Assembly (NCBI RefSeq): GCF_000315625.1
Contig: NW_005434650.1
Location: forward strand, 504,873-568,872
Reading direction: 5' to 3'
Length of the DNA stretch: 64,000 bases
From: Guillardia theta CCMP2712
Taxonomy: Eukaryota; Protista; Cryptophyta
Part shown: one piece after another, positions 1 to 10,852 of the stretch
Numbering within the stretch: the first letter of the stretch is position 1
How the letters are laid out: each line of letters opens with the position of its first letter
Notes under the pieces: model-generated
What the model saw: the letters and a program-made list of their open reading frames with translations, nothing else
What the model was told of the DNA's origin: nothing
Database searches by the model: none
Position numbers and translations under genes: made by a program

Positions 1-1410
1 TTCCTGGAGCAGTTCCGTTTCCTGCGAAAGCAAGTGCTAGAGCAAGGTGCTCTTGGATGGATACAAGGCTCTCCAGGGACAGGGAAGACAACAACAACGC
101 TTTCCTTTTGTATGACGCTGGATATGAACGAGTGGAGCTTCAAATACATCAGACTGAAGGCCAAAGACAACACATTTGTTGTGGCGGTTGAAGGCAATAA
201 GAGAAAAACATGCTCTGTCGCCAAGGCTGAGAGGAAACAGTTGACACAGTTGCTTGAAGAGTTGTCAGGCGGCAAGAAGAGCCTCCTGGTACTCGACGGC
301 TATTTGACACACCAAGAATATCATATCAAAGCTTTGGATGCTTGTATAATATGGCGGAATGCTGACAGGCAAAATCGACGTCTTGTGGTTGTGACGTCAA
401 TGGCTTCTCGAGGAAAGACCTACGAAGAAGAGGAGAAACACATGCAGCTGGAGCAGCACATAGTTCCATCATGGAGGATCGATGAATATCTAGATGCAGT
501 GCAGCTCGACGAGTTTTACGACAAAGTGAAAGCCAATCTGGAGATGGATGTGGACGCAGACATTTTGGGTGTCAAAGTAACAAATGGGCCGAAATCGAAA
601 GAACAGCGGGTGAATCATAAGCATTACCTCGCAGGTGCGTCATGTCGGTACATGTTCGACATAACTTCGGAGAAGGTCCTTGAGTACTTGGATCTTGCGT
701 TTCAAAGAGCTCCAAACTTACAAGATCTTTTTCGGGGCAATGTAGGCGCTTCGGCAGCAGATATGACAAATCGGTTGATTGCTACTTTCGTAGTTCAGAA
801 GAGGGTGGTCTGGTATCCTGTGAGTAAGTACGTAGCCAGCAATCTTACGGCGTCCGTTGGAGCAGTTGACATGCTGAGAAAGATGTTTACTACCTTCAAA
901 GGCCCGCGAGCCATGCATGGACATCTTTTGGAGATGCTCTTTTTCGAGGAAGTCAGACGAGACCTGAGCATCACTTATGAAAAATCAAATCAGCCTGAAG
1001 TCTTGAAAGCATGTAATTTCGTTGTAAACTTCGATCCGTCACAACAGACTGACTTGCTACCTCACGAAAGGGTGTGTTACAAGCCAATCAGTGAATTTCA
1101 AGGTGGCTACGACGCATTGATTGTAGATCAAATCAAGAAGGTCGTACAGTTTTTCCAGATGACGGTGGCAATGGATCACTCTTTCAAGCTCTCGTACTTC
1201 TTGAGTGCTCTTGAGGCTCTCAGGATTCCGCCAGGTAGGACATGGACCATACGGATCGTTGTTGTCGTCCCGCCAGAGAATAGGTGGTCGTTTCGAATAG
1301 CCCCTGTCAAGGATGACGGGGCGCTGGAGCAGTACATGTGGACGAAATGGCTGGAACGGTCGATGGCCGAGGTGGCCAGTATTGATTTCGATCGAGGGTA
1401 CATTGGATAG
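1..1410 (+). CDS. Crinkler (CRN)/CR-type effector: P-loop NTPase fused to C-terminal restriction-endonuclease-like domain; 5'-partial
   Basis: Frame is open from base 1 and has no introns in view. Walker A GSPGTGKT, Walker B-like LLVLDG. C-terminal 'GHLLEMLFF...QGGYDAL...FFQMTVAMDHSFKL' resembles the REase domain of CR/Crinkler proteins. Confidence 0.7.
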   Translation, partial: FLEQFRFLRKQVLEQGALGWIQGSPGTGKTTTTLSFCMTLDMNEWSFKYIRLKAKDNTFVVAVEGNKRKTCSVAKAERKQLTQLLEELSGGKKSLLVLDGYLTHQEYHIKALDACIIWRNADRQNRRLVVVTSMASRGKTYEEEEKHMQLEQHIVPSWRIDEYLDAVQLDEFYDKVKANLEMDVDADILGVKVTNGPKSKEQRVNHKHYLAGASCRYMFDITSEKVLEYLDLAFQRAPNLQDLFRGNVGASAADMTNRLIATFVVQKRVVWYPVSKYVASNLTASVGAVDMLRKMFTTFKGPRAMHGHLLEMLFFEEVRRDLSITYEKSNQPEVLKACNFVVNFDPSQQTDLLPHERVCYKPISEFQGGYDALIVDQIKKVVQFFQMTVAMDHSFKLSYFLSALEALRIPPGRTWTIRIVVVVPPENRWSFRIAPVKDDGALEQYMWTKWLERSMAEVASIDFDRGYIG

Positions 1411-3523
1411 TGAAGAGTCGGGAAGCCAATCATCGTTGCTGGGCGCTACAGTCTTTGAATCATGAATTGGGGATATTGGCCGTGAATGGTTTTGCACATA
1501 GAGTGAGTTCTGATCTCATCGCATACCCTCTTTTCCCGTCCTGCTGCTTCACCCCCCCCTCACCGCCTGCCTCAGTATGACATTGGGGGAACTGTCCCCG
1601 CACCTTCTCCTCCTCCTCCTTTCTAGATATTTTTCCCGTAGATTTGCGCGTAGGTCACCTGCTATCACCTGCGTGCTGTTCATGTAGTGAAGCAACAAGG
1701 GTCATGGAGTCACCAGCACCTTTGCTCGATCCATCAGGATGTGCAGCTCAGCTCCATCTCTGGTAGAAACGAGACAAATCGGGCATAAGGACTTGTCTCG
1801 AGATTTTCGTCCTTGTTGCAATTCGCAGCTCTCTCGCAAAGGGGACAAAAATCTCCTGGACGGGTGAAGCGTCCTTCTCCAAGAGTTGCGAAGCATTTGG
1901 TGGACAGCACCTCACCAGCAATCTATTGTCTGCAGCTTGATCGAAGGCTGTCGTTGCGTCTGAAATAGTGCAGATGACTTTTTAGGATCATTCACATGTG
2001 AGATTGAGTGAAGAGGTGGGTGAGCTGGAGAAATGGGCGAGAAAAGTGCATTGAGTTACCTAGGTTCAAATCAGACCTGCTTAGATGGTCTCTCTCGTAA
2101 ACAGTGGTGTAAGCAGTTCAGAATAGCACACTGACAATCATTGTAACACAGGGCAATATGCAGCGACTAAAGGCATTGATCTATGCAAGAGTAGGGTGAG
2201 AACGCCTCCCATGGAATCCAATGCTCCCACCAGTCAGTGACATTGTGACATTCAAGGTGAGCAGTGCAGGGATCAGTGGACATGGCCGTGGAGGAGAGAA
2301 TGGGATAGGAGAGGAGAAGAAGGGAGGGGAGGGGAGCAGACAGAAGTAGAGGAGAGGGGCATTGTGTGAGCCAAGTGGACACATCCCGAGACCATTAACA
2401 AGAATATGTCATGATGAGGAAACAAGTTGATGAAGAAAGACTTGTATCATGCAATCTGTTGGTCAGTCACAACCGTGCTTCGACGCCATCGAACATCTAG
2501 ATAGCAGGGCTTCTCTAGTCCTTTACGAGGCGACATGAGAGAACGAAAGCTCTCGTTGCCAATGTGGACTCAGCTTGAAGGACTGAGGTGATGCTCGTGA
2601 GAGTAGAAGGATGAAATCCCTCACTGCTCAACTAAAACGAGAGACTTGGATGGGATCGAACGAGGATGGGTCAACGTGCGGGGCGTTAAGTATCCGAGGA
2701 TGGGTCAACGTGCGGGACGTGGAGCCCTGTCATGGTTGCCATTCAACTTTCCATCAAGTGCAAACAAAAGTTCAGCTTGCAGTTTCCTCGCGTCATCCAT
2801 CTAAGGAAAGCAGAGATCTGCAACACCACGCTCGTCATGAGCGATAACCTCTCATATCATACCAGCACCGCAGTGTTTTCTATTCCAATTTTCCGATCTA
2901 TCATCATGTCCTGAGGGTGTAAGGGCATCAGCTTACGTTCCTCGGCAGCATGCCTCAACATGCCAACAGTCGGCAGGAGCAAGCGAATGTCAACTTCTTG
3001 TTTCATTTCCTCCGGAGCTCCGTCGGAGTGGAGCGAGAGGTTGCTGTTGGGGGGGAATACAGTCAGAGATGCAGCTGCTCTCAGTAGAATCACCTCGATA
3101 TGGTTGGGAGCGACTTGGAGCCTGCAGGAACAGCTGCGTTCCAAATCTTCCCTTTCCAAGTCTCTGGGGTCATTTTCTTGCTATCTGTCGATGTTTCCCT
3201 CATACCAGATCGGCTTCTTGATGTGCAAGTGCATCAACCTGGCCTAAGGTCTGACCGTCCCTGCGAGCCACCTGTCACATGGACTGAAGAGCTACTTGAA
3301 TGTAATTTGTCGAGTGACTGACGTGACTCACGGACAGCCTTGACCATCCGATCTGCCCTCTCCGGGGGCCTCCGAGACCCTTCAAGTCATCGCTCTACCA
3401 CCAGCACTCGAAAGCCCCGAGGCTGATCAGTGACTCGAAGTATGAGAGACGCCATGAAGGGACGTCGAGAGCACTGTGACGGCACCAGGGGACAGGAACA
3501 TCAAGAGACGGGACTGAGTCTCT

Positions 3524-3783
3524 TGTCCGAGGATTGCTTCACTTTGCTATTCAAACAGAACAAGGGAGATCGGCCTAGCACATTCTTTGTACAATTCAAG
3601 AGCAGCTCTGTCGCAGTTCAAAGATCTTCATTCACAGTCGATTCACACTTAATTAAAACACAATCAATCATCACAATCATTCTTCGATTCACAGATAGCA
3701 ATCGAATCCAAACTCGTACACCGATCCCCACGAAAGGAGATCGGCCTACCTTCAAGCCATGAAAGGTTCGATAGTCTCCGACC
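3524..3783. mobile_element. Possible solo LTR or small TE remnant
   Basis: Starts TGTCCGAG and ends CTCCGAC(C), an imperfect TGTC...GACA terminus. Internal repeated motif GGAGATCGGCCTA (~3564, ~3736) and hairpin CCGATC..GATCGG at 3721-3744. No clear target-site duplication. Confidence 0.3.
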
Positions 3784-3819
3784 TTGGGAGTAAATCGTCA
3801 GAGGCTGTCAACGCATCAA

Positions 3820-4511
3820 TCATCCTTGCCTGGCATGGAAGACAAGCGGAGTAATCTCTGCTCCAAACGGCCACAATGCAAGTTGTGCTAGCTTAATGTG
3901 CCTGAAGGACAAGTCAGCTGGTGTCGTTCAGTTGTGCATGCTTACTGCACAGCGAATGGAATCCCGATGATGGTGCACGTGTACAAGAACGCCCAGAACA
4001 CATGCACGAGGGCTATCAGAATGCCCATCGGCAACCAGCTGAAGATTGATGTCAAGAAGAGATATTGCTCTTCAGCATGTTCTTCTTACATGACGTTTCC
4101 CAAGAACGTGCAAGGCTCAGCAGGTTCATACACAATCGATTGTCCGAAGGGAAATCTGAGGGTAAGAAAGGAGATGATGAGCCCGAAACATAGTGTAAGG
4201 TGGTGGCAGGGGGTAAAAACTCACAGGCTCAGACCCGAGAGCTTGAAGCACTGGTGCGCACATGGGATACCCACAATAGTGATACAGCACAGAAGTCCAG
4301 CGATCAACCAGACGATCGCAGACTGCAAACCCCCGAAGACTACCCACATAAAGTTTCCGAGCCAGCTCCATACACCCCTGCTTGACATGTCAAGAATAGC
4401 AAGGCTGCCAGCATCATGTAGCGACCTCCCATCTTCAATCTCTATCGTTATCCTCCTGGTGGAATATGGTACGTATTCCGGTGCTGACGGCTCGGGCACA
4501 TCGAAAGACAT
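3820..4511 (-). CDS. YccF-family membrane protein with two YccF repeats (3 introns)
   Basis: Spliced translation gives 'LGNFMWVVFGGLQSAIVWLIAGLLCCITIVGIPCAHQCFKLSGLS..FPFG' and 'LGNVIWLPMGILIALVHVFWAFLYTCTIIGIPFAVQHIKLAQLALWPFG', both matching the YccF repeat pattern. GT-AG introns; stop at 3820-3822. Confidence 0.85.
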
Positions 4512-4582
4512 CCTGACAGGCACCGCCGTCAGTCTGAAAACAGGAGAGTATCCACAAGCAATTGCACGTTTTTCAAATCAAT

Positions 4583-4665
4583 TCCTGTCCTCCTGTCCTC
4601 CTGTCCTCCTGTCCTCCTGTCCTCCTGTCCTCCTGTCCTCCTGTCCTCCTGTCCTCCTGTCCTCC
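4583..4665 (+). repeat. (TCCTGTCC)n octanucleotide tandem repeat
   Basis: Directly visible, about 10 copies. Confidence 0.95.
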
Positions 4666-4825
4666 TGACTCGCAATCGCTCCCTGCCTCGACTCATTTTT
4701 GCTGGACGCATTTGTGCACGATTTGAGAACTTCAAACTTTGAGGTAAAACTTTCAGTTCGTTGTTGGTGAAACTTTCAACAAGAACTTCCAACAAAAATG
4801 AAAGTTTTAAGGAGATGAGGATGCG

Positions 4826-4990
4826 ATGAGATGAGATGAGATGAGATGAGATGAGATGAGACGGGATGGGACGGGATGGGATGGGACGGGACGGGATGGG
4901 ACGGGATGGGACGGGACGGGACGGGATGGGACGGGATGGGATGGGATGGGACGGGATGAGATGAGATGAGATGAGATGAGATGAGATGAG
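4826..4990 (+). repeat. Compound pentanucleotide microsatellite (ATGAG)n-(ACGGG/ATGGG)n-(ATGAG)n
   Basis: Directly visible. Confidence 0.95.
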
Positions 4991-6085
4991 AAGCGAAACT
5001 TGTAGTTTCGTATTCAGAAAAGATGTTGTAATAAAAAAATCCGTTGAACCAAGCACAGTCAACGACCCAACAGGGTCAAGAAAGGATGTCATGCCTTTCT
5101 GTCACAAAGAAGCTGTTTAGCCGATCATGTTGACGATACCTAGAAGCAACGCACGGGAGGAAATTTTGATTGTATTCGAGTTCATAGCAATATTTTCTAC
5201 ATCATTTCTCATATTAAAAAATTACCAGCATGTGGTATCCAATCCTAAATTACATACAAGTACATGACGAGCCTGAGAGTTGAGTCCAACAAGTGCAAGG
5301 TAACATTTCAAGCAACTTCTGTCCCTTGGCCTTCCACTCGGCAAGTTCGTTGAAGTTGCCCAAGGTCCCGTGTGATCCTTCAATCTTGGCTGCTGATGCT
5401 TCCAAGGCCCCTCACCAGGTACCTCCCGTTGTTATCGATCGACTTGGTGCCATCGGCAGATCTCATTGCCAGCAACGCGTGGAAGTAGGGGCTACCAGCT
5501 TTTGTCCTTCCGAACGAATCGATTGATGGGGTCAGAGGCAAACTTCCAGGAATGCTCGTGAAACTCGATGCTGGTGCTCGAGAGACAAGAAGCTTTGTTT
5601 GCTCAGTCAGCACCGTCGTCGAAGAGGAATGAAATAGTGTTTCTTGCATGCTCGTTTCGAGGTGGATTGCAGAGGAGATTAGGAAGATATTGGGAGCAAC
5701 GAGACAGGAGAAGAGAAAGAGTTGTGAAGAGCAGGAGATGTTTCGAATCTCGAGGGACGAGGAGGAGAGGTGGAGGTGGAGGGTGCGGGTGGAGGGGGAG
5801 GGTGCGGTTGCTGATCCCCCGGAAGACTTGAGGATTCGGGGGAAAAGGGCTACATTGCGAGAGTTTGTGGAAAGGACACGATTTTGAGGCGTTTGAACTC
5901 TTGAACACTCTTCTAGAAGATATGTCAGCGTGATCGATCTCGAGAAGATGCGAAAACACATCGTTCTGTATCCGTTTGTCACACTGTTGAACGGAGCACC
6001 GGCTGTCACCAGCGGCCGCTCCGACTGGCCGGGCGGGTCCGACGGTCCCGGGCCGGGCCCGCGACCGCGGCACTGCCCGGCCTCA

Positions 6086-6366
6086 TTCTTCTTTACTCAA
6101 AGTTAAGTTAAAAATCAGTACGAGGACAATAATGAGAGTCGAGGAGGCTTGACCCTGACACTGTCGCACAGGCCAAACGGCTCCGAGTTCCGAAGCAAGT
6201 TCGCCTCAACCCACTGCAACCACGGCCCGATGAGTATGATTCGGAATTCGGGTCACTGAAGCCTCCGAGGCTCTGGATTTTTAACTTATCTTTCCGCCGT
6301 ACCGGACCCTTTACTCAAAGTTAAGTGAAAAATCATTACGTATCTTTCAATGTGAGTAAAAAGAAT
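6086..6366. mobile_element. MITE-like element with direct and inverted copies of an AT-rich motif
   Basis: 32-bp direct repeat at 6091-6122 and 6309-6340 (2 mismatches). Inverted copy at 6276-6293. A further partial inverted copy at ~6350-6366. Confidence 0.4.
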
Positions 6367-6989
6367 TCGGTCAGTCAATCATCGCGGCCCGCTGATCCGG
6401 AACTTCGAAGCCTCCCAGTCCGAGCCCACCGGGCCCGGGGGGCAGGCGGCCCGCTAAAAAAACCAAAAAAGAATCTAAAAAGAAATGTAAGGAGTAAAAT
6501 ACTTTGGGGGAGCGCGTGACCACCCCACCCTGTTTCTGACTGGACAAGGACAGATATATCACCCAAAAGACCCGGTTCTTTGAGAGCATTATCGCTTACA
6601 AAGGGCGGGTGACGGATATGTCGGAGCATGGGGTGGGGTATGTGCTCAATGAAGAGTATGCAGTCGGAAAACCTTGGAGGGGAGGGAGGGAGGGAGGGAG
6701 GGAGAGCAGGAGGGAGGGAGAGCAGGAGGAGGAGGAATGTTTGAATTGACTGAGAAAATTCTGATTGGTGTATTAGAATGGCCTAATTGGGATGAATTTT
6801 GCTGTAAAGCTTGTGAGGAGATAGTTTGCAGATGAAAGAGTTCAAATTTGCTTCATTGAGTGGGATAAAGGAAGTTCCCGAGATTTCCCACCTTCCTTCA
6901 CCTTCTTACTTCTAAATCCCTTCTATTCTGTTGGAAAAAATCAGATCTTGGCTGACTTTCAAACAGCAGAGGTGATAGTCTATGAAAAC

Positions 6990-9900
6990 ATGATCAGCAT
7001 CCAACTTAGTACCTTACTTGTGTTCGGCGTCTTTGGAGTATCTTCTGCAACAACGACATGTCTTCTTCCCCTGCTTGCAGGTTCAGATTCCAACTGCCAC
7101 TGTCCGGACGTTTCGAAACAAGCTGAGCTGAAGCCAACGCGCAAGATATTTGCTAGCGCAAGGGGTGGCTCCTCCTGCATGGTCTCAGGGGGGAAGGTGA
7201 AGTGCTGGGGTGACAACTCCTACATGCAGTTTGGGAGTTCAGCTGCCGTGAACCCAGATGGCATCCTCTACACACTGGACATCAATGGGGAGCCCAAGAA
7301 AGTGATCGCAGGGGAGGGCTTTCTATGCGTGATCCTCGTGTCCGGCGATCTCTTCTGCTCGGGCTCGAATTCAGTCGGTCAGGCAGGGATCGGAGGGAAG
7401 AACTGGACCTTGAACATGGTGCAAGTGAACGTCGGTAAGGGGCTCGGGGTGGTCGACGCCGCCGCTGGAGCATGGCACACCTGCGCAATCCTCAACAACA
7501 GCCAGGTGAAGTGCTGGGGTTATCACACTGAGTCACTCCCAGCATGCGGCGTGGGCCCGGTGGCAGCCGACGAGTGGGCGCGGATCATGAAAGCCATGGG
7601 AGATGCCCTGCCCCCCGTGAGCCTGTCAGGAACACCTGTCTCCATCGCAGCAGGGAACTTCCATACCTGTGTCGTGCTTGCGGACGGCAACACCCAGTGC
7701 TGGGGGAGCAACTTTGTGGGAGAGCTGGGGTACGGGGTTGACGGGATAGTCGGCTTCACGAATGAGTCCATCCCCGTGGTTGAGCTTCCAGGCGATCTCT
7801 ACGCCCTCAGGTGAGGCGGTCTCGCGTCTGCCTCCTCTGTCCCTGTTTTCCTCCTACCACTTTCCTTCGCTCCCTTCTCTCCCCCCTTCTTCTTTCCCCC
7901 CTCCCCCTCTCCCTCCCTCCTCCGCTTCTTCGCTCCTTCCTGCTTGCATTTCACCTCTCCTGATGACTTCCACTCCCTCAGAGTATGGGCTGGAGGATTC
8001 TCAACTTGCGTTCTGCTCTCGAACGGGAGAGTCGCTTGCTGGGGACAGAACTCTTGGGGAATGTTGGGGTACTCCGACAGCACCGATCGCGGATCAGACT
8101 ACTCCTCGAGTTTCATGAAAGATTACTTTGTGATGGAAGGAGTTGAGGAGGTCGCCATTGGAAGTTCCTCCTTCTCCTGCTTCTTGTTGCAAGACCAGAC
8201 CGTCCGATGTGTCGGCAACAACGACAAAGGTGAGGCAATTTCGCCTGCCGGGGAAGGTTTTCTGAGAATGTGATGGTGCAGGGCAACTTGGGAATGGTCA
8301 GCCGCTCGACAACTCCATGTTTCGCTACCTTGCGGAGCAGGAAGCATCGATGAATGGCCTGAAGGCGATCAAAGTTGTTGCAGGAATCGATCATGCATGT
8401 GCCGTCCTCGTGAACCTCAGCACTGTCTGCTGGGGAGGAAATCTTTACGGCCAGGTTGGAACAGGGAAGGTGGATCAAACCTCCGGAGCAGTTGTGACGC
8501 AGATCAAGGATGTAGCGGATCAGACTATGTTCGCCTCGTGTTTAAGCAACGCCTATTGCACTCTCCCGACGTGATTTGATTGTCAACTCGTTGCGAGGAA
8601 AATGAGAATTCTCGTTGCAGGCTCGGCAACGGAACCTTCTTGACGGGCAACAAGACGCTTGCGGGAGGGATAGCTCGGGTATCGATGATGCTGACAGGGT
8701 TGCTGCTTGTGGCGTTGAAAAATAATGAGGGAGAGGAGGAGGATGAGGGAGGGAGGGAGGGAGGGAGGGAGGGAGGGAGGGAGGAGGATGAGGAGGAGGC
8801 GGGTTTCTTGGCTTGTTGGCAGAGTGAAGATTGGTCAATGCTTGGGTTGTCCTGACACGATACGCAGGTGATGTGTGACAATGGCTTCACCTTTCAGAAC
8901 GAGTCCAACACGGTCCTGATTCTCAACTGGTGAGTGAGGGAGCCCCGGAAGCGAACACCCCAGGTTGAACTTCTGCCAGTCTTAATTCAGGCCTGGGAAA
9001 GAATGCTACATGGGACAGGCTTCCTCCCAAGGTGTGGTCCCTGACTCTAACTTGTTTTATTCTCTTCTGGTTACCTTATCTTGCTCTACCTTTTGTTTCC
9101 CACTGTCCTTCTGCTGTATGCTCCCCTTGTCTTCTTCTGCATCGTTGCCTAGGGTGAAGTGCATATCAGTGTGTGAAGGAGCAACCTGTTGTCATCAAAA
9201 CTTGTCCCAGCTCGTTGGGCTTGTCGATGGTGAGAAGTCAGTCGAGCGCATGGCGCGGATCTGACAGGTTGTTTAGAGAGGAGGAGGCTGCTTCCTCCCC
9301 ATCAACAGCGGATGTCAGGCTTGGACTGATTGGGCTGGCTGGATCAATCGAAAGTCCCAGGTCTTGCAATTCGATCAGCATACTCTGTCGCTCATCATTG
9401 CTGGTTCCTAGGCTGCATACATGTCATGGTGTATGGAGCAAGATTGCAGTCAGAGCCTGGAAACTGCATCGAACTGGCACCCGTACGCCGGTTGCAGGTG
9501 AGCAGTGGTTTGTTGCCACATTGATCTCTAGAGGATGTTGTACTGCTCCGGTCTGACGTGTCAAACTGATCAGGTACGTCGATGCCAACGGATTCTGCAT
9601 GAAGTATGAGTCTGCGCAGGAGTACTGTGTGAAGAATCCAGGTAATCGTTTGAGATGTCAACACATCAACACTGACTTGACCTTCAGAAAACATCTACTG
9701 CAAGGACGGAGGTCTTAAATGGGCTCTACAGCCGCTGGTGCGATATTTCTTCTTCCTTTTTTCTTGTCTCACATGGCGTTTCAAGGGCAACGCCTCCCAC
9801 CAACCCTCCCAGTGGTACCCCAAGAGTGACGTCTCCTACTACGATTCCTCCAAGACCTTTAGCTGCTCGGTGCCTCTCGTTTCTGTCCTTCCATTCAGCC

Positions 9901-10249
9901 TGACTTGAGTCTGCCCCAGTGCCTGAAGCAGTGCCGATGCCATGGCAGCTACGGCGACGTAGAGTGCGATTGCTACAGCAAACTGGATCTGCCTTCAGGC
10001 TCCGTCGTCCGCACGGATTTCTCCCCAGTCGGCGCGTGAGTTGTCCCATGTTGACTAAAGAGGCGGTTGGACTGAACTTGAACTTGTCAGGGGTGACTTT
10101 GGACGTATCAAGGAGATTTCCAAGTCAAGTTGGGCGTACCAGGTAAGATGATAATGTCTTGTAGCTGCATGGCGGTGCTGACCGTGTTGATCCGGCAGAA
10201 AACGTGCTCCTGTATGTGCGACAAGAGGAATTATTGGGATGACCGATAG
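6990..10249 (+). CDS. Secreted RCC1/BLIP-II beta-propeller protein with Sushi-like and C-terminal Cys-rich domains (multi-exon)
   Basis: Hydrophobic N-terminus MISIQLSTLLVFGVFGVSSA. Repeated 'IAAGxxHTCxxLxxGxxxCWGxNxxGxLG' units. Later exons 'VMCDNGFTFQ..ILNC..ATWDRLPP' and a Cys-rich tail ending 'KTCSCMCDKRNYWDDR*' (TAG 10247-10249) after GT-AG splicing. Confidence 0.8.
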
Positions 10250-10852
10250 TTGTTTGTAAACGTCCTTCATAAAAACATGGAGATGTCTCCATCAACCAGG
10301 ATCACTGGCTTCACGGTGGGAGAAGACGTGAGGACTTGAAGCAGCACTGAGGAGGACTGGCGGAACCTTGGAGCAAGGAGGAGGAGGGTGTGTGGTAGTG
10401 AACTGGCAAACGACTCAGTCTTTTGAGCACTGATAGTTGAGTGATAGTGTTACAGAGGTAGCAGCGAGTTAGTGATAGTTACTCAGTAAGCAGATCTTTG
10501 AACACCTTTTCTGCCTTCGTCACTTCAACTAGTGATCTCTCCGAGGCTGGCTCGCTTGGAAGAGTAATGTAATGTTGCTCCCAGCTGGGAGATTAGGTTC
10601 ATATTAGCGCGAGCAGCAGCAGGAAGAGGGAGAGAGGGAAGGGAAGGGAAGGGAAGAAGCGGAGGGAGGGAGGGAGGGAGGGAGGGAGGGAGGGAGGGAA
10701 GGGAGGTCAGTGAGGGTGCGAGGATGATGAAAGTATACATGAATGCCTCTCCCTTCACAAGACCACTTGTCAAATTATCTCCTATAGTTGTCTGTGCTGA
10801 GCTTGATCCCCCTGTTTTAGAACGTGATTCATGCCGCAGGTAAATACCAGTC

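Noticed and set aside
1500-3400. Possible minus-strand gene or retroelement remnant
   Set aside because: Only short frames broken by stops, with no recognisable RT, integrase or other motifs. A 21-bp direct repeat at ~2662/2695 is insufficient evidence.
3898-4668. 256-aa plus-strand ORF
   Set aside because: It is antisense to the YccF gene and runs into an octamer repeat.
5260-6009. 209-aa minus-strand ORF
   Set aside because: Low-complexity middle section, no domain, and no consistent splice model could be built. A small gene cannot be excluded.
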